The translations under genes and the position numbers were made by a program. DNA of 64,000 nt from Deltaproteobacteria bacterium (GTDB taxonomy: Bacteria > Myxococcota_A > Polyangia > Polyangiales > Houyiibacteriaceae), in NCBI GenBank assembly GCA_034670305.1, contig JAXMNT010000003.1, positions 209,764 to 273,763 of the forward strand, written 5' to 3'. The notes beneath the pieces are model-generated. The model was not told the origin of the DNA, did no database searches, and saw only the letters and a program-made list of their open reading frames with translations. This document shows positions 57,722 to 64,000 of this stretch, one piece after another; the stretch's first letter is position 1, and each line of letters opens with the position of its first letter.

Positions 57722-59641
57722 GTGACTGCCCCCGACCCCACCGCCGAAGTCGACCCGCTCGACCGGATACTGCGTGAGCAGTTCGGGCTGACCGCGTTTC
57801 GCCCTTGGCAGCGCGAGGTCATCGAAGCGCTCCTCGCGCCGAGTCGCGGAACACTCAACAGCGTGCTCGCCGTCGCCCCAACCGGCGGGGGCAAGTCGCT
57901 GACCTACCAGCTGCCCGCCGCACTTCTCGAAGGCACCTCGGTCGTGATCAGTCCCCTGATCGCGTTGATGGAGGACCAAGTCCGTTCGCTCAACGATCGG
58001 GGCATCGAAGCGACCTACCTCGCGTCCACGTTGCCACTCGAGGAGCGGCGCGATCGGATGGAGAAGCTCGAGGCGGGCGCCTACAAGATGATCTACGTCG
58101 CCCCAGAACGACTCGCGTCCGGCGACATGGTGCGCAGGCTCCGTCGGTTGAAGCCACCGCTGGTGGCGATCGACGAAGCCCACTGCATCTCGCAGTGGGG
58201 CCACGACTTCCGCCCGGACTACCTGCGCATCGGGCGGGTGTTGCGGGAGCTGAACCCGCCCCGGGTCCTCGCGTGCACCGCGACCGCGACCCCCACGGTG
58301 CGCGCCGAGATCTTGGAGAAGCTCGCGCTGCACGACGCGCACGTGGTGCTCCGCGGTTTTGCACGGCCGAACCTCCACTTGGAAGCGGTGCCCGTCGACT
58401 CCGCGAAGGATCGACGCGCCCGGCTGCGGGTGGCGCTGCGCCAAGCGCTGGGTTCACCGCAGAAGATCGAAGGCGCTGCGATCGTCTACGCCGCCACCCG
58501 CAAGCAGACCGAGAAGGTGGCGACCATGCTCGCGGGCGAAGGCTGGACCTGCGCGCCCTACCACGCGGGACTCGGAGCGACCGAACGGCACGAGACCAAC
58601 CGCAAGTTCGCGACCGGAGAGCTCGACATCGTCGTCGCCACCAACGCGTTCGGCATGGGGATCGATCGTTCGGACATTCGCATCGTCGTGCACGTCCAGG
58701 CGCCCGGTTCGATCGAGGCGTACTACCAGGAGGTCGGCCGCGCCGGACGAGACGGCGAACCCGCCCACGGCCTGCTGCTCTCCGCCTCCAGCGACCTCGG
58801 ACTCTGGAAACGCATGATCGAGCAGCCCTACGCGGCGGTGCCACCGCCGGAGGCGATGACCCAGCGGCGGTGGGAGCTGTTCCTCGATCTGATGCGGTAC
58901 ATCGAGGCGGGCAGCTGCCGGCACGACTTCATCCTGCGGTACTTCGGCGACGACGAAGAAGTGCTCGGTGGGTGTGGCCACTGCGACGTCTGTGAGCTCA
59001 TCGAACGCGAGGGGGAGCGGGTCGTCAGCGACGAGGACCGCCTCATCGTGCGCAAAGCGCTCGCGGGTGTGGCGCGTGCGCGCGGACGGTGCGGCATGCG
59101 CGCGGTGGCGGGCATGCTGGCTGGCAAAGCCAACGCCACCGCCAAACGGCAAGGGCTCGACCGACTGAGCACCTTCGGGGTGCTGGACGCCCATCCGGAG
59201 GATTGGGTCGTGGCGCTCTTGCGTCGGCTCTTGAGCGCTGGGCTCGTGTGGCTGACGCCCGGCGAGTACCCGTGTGTCCGCCTGACCGCCCGTGGCGCGG
59301 CGGCGATGAAAGAAGAAGAACCGATTCAGGTCGTTCTGCCGCCGCCGATCAAGAAGTCGCGTGGCCTCGGCTCGTCTCGAAGCCGGAGTGGGCGCAGTGG
59401 AGGCGGGCTCCGGCCCACGGGCGCCGACGGCGACCTCTTCGAGAAGTTGCGGGACGTGCGCTTGTCGCTGGCGAAGGAACGCAGCATCCCGGCGTACGTC
59501 GTCTGCAGCGATCGCACCCTGGCCGAGATCGCGAAAGCGCGCCCTGGATCGAGCGGCGCCTTGAAGTCGATCCACGGCATGGGCGAAGCCCGCATCCGCG
59601 AGTACGGCGCCGCCCTGCTCCAGTGCGTTGCGGGCGGCTGA
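57722..59641 (+). CDS. recQ: RecQ-family DNA helicase with RQC and HRDC domains
   Basis: PTGGGKSL.YQLP, DEAHCISQWGHDFRP, QEVGRAGRDG, Zn-binding CR...YFG...CGHCDVC and an HRDC domain. Confidence 0.95.
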   Translation: MTAPDPTAEVDPLDRILREQFGLTAFRPWQREVIEALLAPSRGTLNSVLAVAPTGGGKSLTYQLPAALLEGTSVVISPLIALMEDQVRSLNDRGIEATYLASTLPLEERRDRMEKLEAGAYKMIYVAPERLASGDMVRRLRRLKPPLVAIDEAHCISQWGHDFRPDYLRIGRVLRELNPPRVLACTATATPTVRAEILEKLALHDAHVVLRGFARPNLHLEAVPVDSAKDRRARLRVALRQALGSPQKIEGAAIVYAATRKQTEKVATMLAGEGWTCAPYHAGLGATERHETNRKFATGELDIVVATNAFGMGIDRSDIRIVVHVQAPGSIEAYYQEVGRAGRDGEPAHGLLLSASSDLGLWKRMIEQPYAAVPPPEAMTQRRWELFLDLMRYIEAGSCRHDFILRYFGDDEEVLGGCGHCDVCELIEREGERVVSDEDRLIVRKALAGVARARGRCGMRAVAGMLAGKANATAKRQGLDRLSTFGVLDAHPEDWVVALLRRLLSAGLVWLTPGEYPCVRLTARGAAAMKEEEPIQVVLPPPIKKSRGLGSSRSRSGRSGGGLRPTGADGDLFEKLRDVRLSLAKERSIPAYVVCSDRTLAEIAKARPGSSGALKSIHGMGEARIREYGAALLQCVAGG

Positions 59642-59710
59642 CTTCAGGCGCGCCCCCGACCGAACCGAGCTTCGGATCACTGGTAAGCGGACACCGGAAA
59701 GCGCGCGCTG

Positions 59711-60238
59711 CTACTCGTCGGACTTCGGGTCTGTGGGCGCCGGAGCCGCGAGCGCACGCACGGGAAGGTCGTCGCCGTCCACATCGATGACATGGGCGTC
59801 CGCCGAACTCTTCCAGCTCGACTGCCACATCATGCCGCCGCCCATGCCGCCCACGGACACCTGCATGCTGCCCTCGGCGACGCGGCGCTCCGCCCACGCC
59901 TTGAGCTTGGTGGCGAGCCAGCGGCGCACCGGCGGGACCAAGAGCAGGAACCCAAAGACGTCGGTGATGACACCAGGCGTGACGAGGAAGAGTCCCCCGA
60001 CGAACACCAGGACGCCTCCGAGCACGCCTTCGCTCGGCGCCTGACCGCCCGCGAGTGCGGCTTGCCAATCGCCGAGCACGCGCCCGCCTTCGCGACGCGC
60101 CATCCACGCGCCGACGAATCCGGTCAGGAGGACCAGCCCGACGGTCGACCAGAACCCGAGGAGTCCACCGATCCGGAAAATGAGCCAGACATCGAGCACC
60201 GGCAGCACGACGAACAGGAGAAAGAGGAAGCGACCCAC
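59711..60238 (-). CDS. fxsA: FxsA-family membrane protein
   Basis: LF.V.P..D....IG..LG...T, and GG.FL.TPG.ITD..G.LLLVPP.R. Confidence 0.88.
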   Translation of the reverse strand: MGRFLFLLFVVLPVLDVWLIFRIGGLLGFWSTVGLVLLTGFVGAWMARREGGRVLGDWQAALAGGQAPSEGVLGGVLVFVGGLFLVTPGVITDVFGFLLLVPPVRRWLATKLKAWAERRVAEGSMQVSVGGMGGGMMWQSSWKSSADAHVIDVDGDDLPVRALAAPAPTDPKSDE

Positions 60239-60347
60239 CGCCGCACCCTGGGTTCAGGCGCCGGTTGGCGCAAGTCCGTGTGCGCCGCACGGCGATTCGC
60301 CCAAGACAGCACGGGCGGGACGACGGGTTGGGCCCTATACTCGACCG

Positions 60348-61298
60348 GTGCGAGCCCTCCCGCTGGTGACTTCGTGGGTGCTGCTCCTCGCCGGCTGCCG
60401 AACCGCGCCTGGCCCCCACGGGCTGCTGGATCAGCGCCTCGACACCCAGATCCGAGGGCTCAGCGGCCTCACCTCCGATGGCGAAGGCAACCTCTGGGCG
60501 GTGGCCGAGGAGGTTCGGGTGCTCGTCCGCATCGACCCCGGATCTCGACGGGGCGGCGACGAACACTTGGAGGTCTTTCCGCTCGTCGGGGTCCCCGAAG
60601 GCATGGAGACCGAAGCGATCGCGTGGATGGGGACAGACGAGACCGGCGTCTCCACCTTCATGCTCGGAACGGAGACGACCGAGGAACGACGGGCCCAAGA
60701 CACACTTCTGGTGACCGCCTTCGATGGCGCGCGCGCACATGTCGTCGAAGACCTCCAGTGCGAGTACGAGCTGTGGGGGCTGGAGGGCATTCGCAACCAC
60801 GGCATCGAGGGCATCTGCCATGTGGACGGACACCTGTTCGTGGCGGCTGAACTCGCGCCGGTGGTGCAGGGCCGGCGTTACGCCCCAGTCGGACACCGGA
60901 CGCCCGACGGTCGCTGGCTCGGGCATCGAATGTGGCTGACGAGCGACGAAGGCAAGGTCTCCGGCCTCACCTGCCGCCGGGTGGGGCGCGACATCGAGCT
61001 GGTCGCGATCGAACGACACTTCGGTACCACTCGACTTCTGCGGGCCACGCTGGCAGACCAGGTCGACGTGAATCAGGACCTCGAACCTGCCGTGCTGGTC
61101 GACCTGGATGGATGGTTGAGTGGGCGCGATCCGTCTCCGAACTTCGAAGGCGTCGCCTGGGTGGGAGACGACCTCGCGCTCGTGGTGGACAACGTCTTCG
61201 GCGACATGCCGCAAGCGCGCGCGGATCTCTGGTGGCTGCGTCCACCGACCGACACACCGTCCCCGCGGTCCCGGCCGACGCCCGTGGGGCAGCCGTGA
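60348..61298 (+). CDS. Hypothetical lipoprotein (repeated SGL/EGI motifs, probable beta-propeller)
   Basis: LLAGC lipobox; GLSGL, EAIA, GIEGI, NFEGVA and LVVDN. TATACT-N6-GTG. Confidence 0.7.
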   Translation: MRALPLVTSWVLLLAGCRTAPGPHGLLDQRLDTQIRGLSGLTSDGEGNLWAVAEEVRVLVRIDPGSRRGGDEHLEVFPLVGVPEGMETEAIAWMGTDETGVSTFMLGTETTEERRAQDTLLVTAFDGARAHVVEDLQCEYELWGLEGIRNHGIEGICHVDGHLFVAAELAPVVQGRRYAPVGHRTPDGRWLGHRMWLTSDEGKVSGLTCRRVGRDIELVAIERHFGTTRLLRATLADQVDVNQDLEPAVLVDLDGWLSGRDPSPNFEGVAWVGDDLALVVDNVFGDMPQARADLWWLRPPTDTPSPRSRPTPVGQP

Positions 61299-63388
61299 AA
61301 CGGGAGTTCGTTTGCACCGCCGCAGCCGGCACCGAAGAGGTGCTCGCCCAAGAGCTGCGCGAGCTCGGCATCGACCCGACGGAGGAGCCGGGGGCGCTTC
61401 GGTTTCTGGGGACGCTCGAGGACGCGTACCGGGTGGGCATCTGGTCGCGCGTAGCCAGCCGCGTGCTCTTGCCGATTGCGAGCTTTCGCGCCGGTGGCCC
61501 AGACGGCCTCTACCGCGCGGCCAACGACATCCCGTGGGAGGATCATTTCACGGTGCGCGACACCTTCATGGTCTCGTGCGCCGCGGCCAAAGATCGCAAG
61601 CGGGACAACTCGCGCTTTCTCGCGCTGCGCACCAAAGACGCCATCGTGGACCGGTTCCGTGAGCGTGGTGGCACCCGTCCCGACGTCGACCGCGACGACC
61701 CCGGTGTGCGCATCCACCTTCGATGGGCCGACCCCGCGGTGATCTCGCTCGACCTCTTCGGCGGCATGCACCGTCGCGGGTACCGGGGCGACGCGCGGGC
61801 CCCCGTGCGCGAGACACTCGCCGCCGCCGCGCTTCGGCTCGCCGGATACGAAGGCGGTCCGTTCATGGATCTGATGTGCGGCAGCGGGACGTTCCTGGTC
61901 GAGGCGGGTTTCATCGCACGGGACATCGCGCCGGGCCTCGAGCGGCTGCTCGGCGCGTGGTCGAACCACGACCACGTCGCGTGGAACCGGCTCGAAGAAG
62001 AAGCCCGCGGCCGAAAAGAGGCGGCGAAGGATCGTCCGCTCGCCATCGTCGGATTCGACGACGACGCCGCGACGGTTCGCGAAGCGAAAGAAACGGTCGA
62101 ACGAGCGGGCTTGCCGATCCGCATCGAACAACGCTCGCTCCGCGACGCCACGCCGATGAAGGGCGACCCAGGCCACGTCTTCTTGAACCCGCCCTGGGGA
62201 CAGCGGCTGGGTTCGCGTGGGGAGCTCGCCCTCTTGCACAGCGAGATCGGCGACGTGCTCAAACAAAGGTTCGGCGGCTGGACCGCGCACTTGCTCAGCG
62301 GCGAGCCCCAGTTGCTCCGGCAGGTCGGTCTGAAGACGAGCCGGCGCCACGTGCTGTTCGCCGGGCCGATCGAGTGTCGGCTCGCCCGGTACGAGCTGCG
62401 GGCGCCCAAGAAGCGGACCGACAACCAAGACGAAGCACAGAAGCCCGGCTGGAGAAAGGCACGTCCCGAGAGCGACGACTTCGCCAACCGGCTGCGCAAG
62501 AACCACAAGAAGCTCCACAAGTGGGCGACCCGCGAGGGATGGACCTGCTACCGGGTCTACGACGGCGACATCCCGGAGTACGCGGTCTCGATCGATCGGT
62601 ACGAGGACGTGGCGGTCGTCTACGAACACGCGCGCAGTTCGCGCATCGAAGAGACGGTCCTCGACGACCGGCTGCGCGACGTGAGTCTGCTCGTGCCGGA
62701 GATCCTCGGAGTGGAGAAGGTCCACGTGCGGGCCAAAGCGCGCGCCACGGGCGGCGCCCAGTACGAGAAACGCGCGTCGACCGGGGCACGTTTTCCAGTG
62801 ACCGAGAGCGGCGCGACGTTCCTCGTGAACCTCGACGACTACCTCGACACCGGACTCTTCCTCGACCACCGCCTCCTGCGCGCGGCGATGGCGGAGACGT
62901 GTACCGAGGGCACCCGGTTTCTGAACCTCTTCGCGTATACCTGCACCGCAAGTGTCCTGGCCGCCAAGCAGGGCGCGCTCACGACGAGCGTCGACCTCTC
63001 CTCCACCTACCTCTCGTGGGGCGAGGAGAACTTCCGCGCGAACCGGCTGAACATGACCGGCCAGCAGTTCGTGCGGACCGACGTCGAACGTTTTCTCGAA
63101 CGCGGCGAAGGCCGCTACGACCGCATCTTCATGGCGCCGCCGAGTTACAGCCGCTCGAAGGCGATGGACGGAGACCTGGATCTGCAGCGCGACCATCCCG
63201 ACTTGATCGCGCGCGCGATGAAGCGGCTCGAGAAGAACGGCACGCTCTGGTTCTCGACCCACGCGCGCTACTTCGAGCTGGACGCCCGGCTGTCGAACCG
63301 CTTCGAAGTCGAGGACATCAGCAGCAGCACTGTGCCGCTCGATTTCGAACGCAGCCCGCACCGCACGTGGCGCTTCACGCAGAAGTGA
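61295..63388 (+). CDS. rlmKL: Bifunctional 23S rRNA methyltransferase RlmKL
   Basis: THUMP region, MHRRGYR..APVRETLAAA, MCGSGT, NPPWG.RL, F.NRL.KN, DYLDTGLFLDHR and FLNLFAYT. Confidence 0.93.
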   Translation: MKREFVCTAAAGTEEVLAQELRELGIDPTEEPGALRFLGTLEDAYRVGIWSRVASRVLLPIASFRAGGPDGLYRAANDIPWEDHFTVRDTFMVSCAAAKDRKRDNSRFLALRTKDAIVDRFRERGGTRPDVDRDDPGVRIHLRWADPAVISLDLFGGMHRRGYRGDARAPVRETLAAAALRLAGYEGGPFMDLMCGSGTFLVEAGFIARDIAPGLERLLGAWSNHDHVAWNRLEEEARGRKEAAKDRPLAIVGFDDDAATVREAKETVERAGLPIRIEQRSLRDATPMKGDPGHVFLNPPWGQRLGSRGELALLHSEIGDVLKQRFGGWTAHLLSGEPQLLRQVGLKTSRRHVLFAGPIECRLARYELRAPKKRTDNQDEAQKPGWRKARPESDDFANRLRKNHKKLHKWATREGWTCYRVYDGDIPEYAVSIDRYEDVAVVYEHARSSRIEETVLDDRLRDVSLLVPEILGVEKVHVRAKARATGGAQYEKRASTGARFPVTESGATFLVNLDDYLDTGLFLDHRLLRAAMAETCTEGTRFLNLFAYTCTASVLAAKQGALTTSVDLSSTYLSWGEENFRANRLNMTGQQFVRTDVERFLERGEGRYDRIFMAPPSYSRSKAMDGDLDLQRDHPDLIARAMKRLEKNGTLWFSTHARYFELDARLSNRFEVEDISSSTVPLDFERSPHRTWRFTQK

Positions 63389-63395
63389 GCGGGCG

Positions 63396-63857
63396 ATGAA
63401 GACCTCCGTTGGCCTCGTGATGGTCCAGGCGGGCCACGTGCTGCTCGTGCATCCGGGCGGACCCTTCTTTGCGAAGAAAGATGCCGGCGCTTGGTCCATT
63501 CCGAAGGGGCTGCCCGATCCAGGCGAAGATCTCTTCGCGGCGGCATGCCGCGAGTTTCACGAAGAGACGGGTTTTCATCCGCCGTCGGAGCCGACCGCAT
63601 ACCACGCGCTCGGCAGCGCCAAGCAGACCAAGAAGATCGTGCACGCTTGGGCGTTCGAGTTGCCTGAGGACGCGGAGTGGTCGCCGGAAGATCTCGTCTC
63701 GAATACGTTCGAGCTCGAATGGCCGCCCAAGAGTGGGAAGCAGACGTCGTTCCCCGAAGTCGACCGTGGCGCGTTCTTCGACTTGGAGACCGCCCGAGTC
63801 CGCGCGGTGCAAGGCCAGGTGCCGCTCCTCGAGCGCGCACTCGCCGCGTTCCCCTGA
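63396..63857 (+). CDS. NUDIX hydrolase
   Basis: LLVHPGGPF..KKD.GAWSIPKG...GE....AA.REF.EETG, and FPEVDR. Confidence 0.92.
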   Translation: MKTSVGLVMVQAGHVLLVHPGGPFFAKKDAGAWSIPKGLPDPGEDLFAAACREFHEETGFHPPSEPTAYHALGSAKQTKKIVHAWAFELPEDAEWSPEDLVSNTFELEWPPKSGKQTSFPEVDRGAFFDLETARVRAVQGQVPLLERALAAFP

Positions 63858-63876
63858 ACTCTTTGGCGGGCGAGCG

Positions 63877-64000
63877 CTAGCAGGTCGCTGAAAAGCGACC
63901 TGCTCCCTTGCCGTTGCCCTTGCCCGTGCCCTTGCCCGCGTCGTGGACGCCGTGTGTTTCGCGACGGCGAGGCGCGAATCGGAGCGCGATGCCCAGCGGA
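63877..64000. mobile_element. Third copy (end) of the CTAG-hairpin element, running off the window
   Basis: CTAGCAGGTCGCTGAAAAGCGACCTGC-TCCCTTGCC... is the reverse complement of ~47704-47829. Confidence 0.85.

Overview
This is a high-GC bacterial window that looks myxobacterial: it has a MYXO-CTERM-like tail, Cys-rich lipoproteins, a Ser/Thr kinase and an Rhs fragment. Bases 1-11.96 kb form a rearranged accessory island on the 3' side of tRNA-Gly(CCC). The island holds two HUH/Y1 (RAYT-like) transposases plus several partial copies of their ends, an orphan Rhs toxin module with a likely immunity gene, ArdC, a PD-(D/E)xK-like nuclease, a RavA-like ATPase and a truncated ExeA-like ATPase. The strongest candidate for a new system is a RiPP-like locus at 28.7-38.6 kb. 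It has a 94-aa precursor ending in HC(SHG)12SW, four radical SAM genes carrying five CxxxCxxC motifs (one is a cobalamin-type/HxsC-like double-rSAM fusion), a paralogue with no cluster motif, and a 58-aa Zn-ribbon protein that the ORF track misses. Other patterns are a dispersed CTAG-hairpin element carrying a four-helix-bundle remnant, a ~73-bp hairpin mini-element nested in two different host repeats, TCGGCN microsatellites, and a frequent -10-like hexamer 6-8 nt before start codons that suggests leaderless mRNAs. The rest is ordinary housekeeping or envelope genes (ettA, hrpB, recQ, rlmKL, fxsA, M1 peptidase, FKBP, SulP, OmpA, ECF sigma, MocR/EamA). All family calls come from motif recognition by eye; no database search was run.
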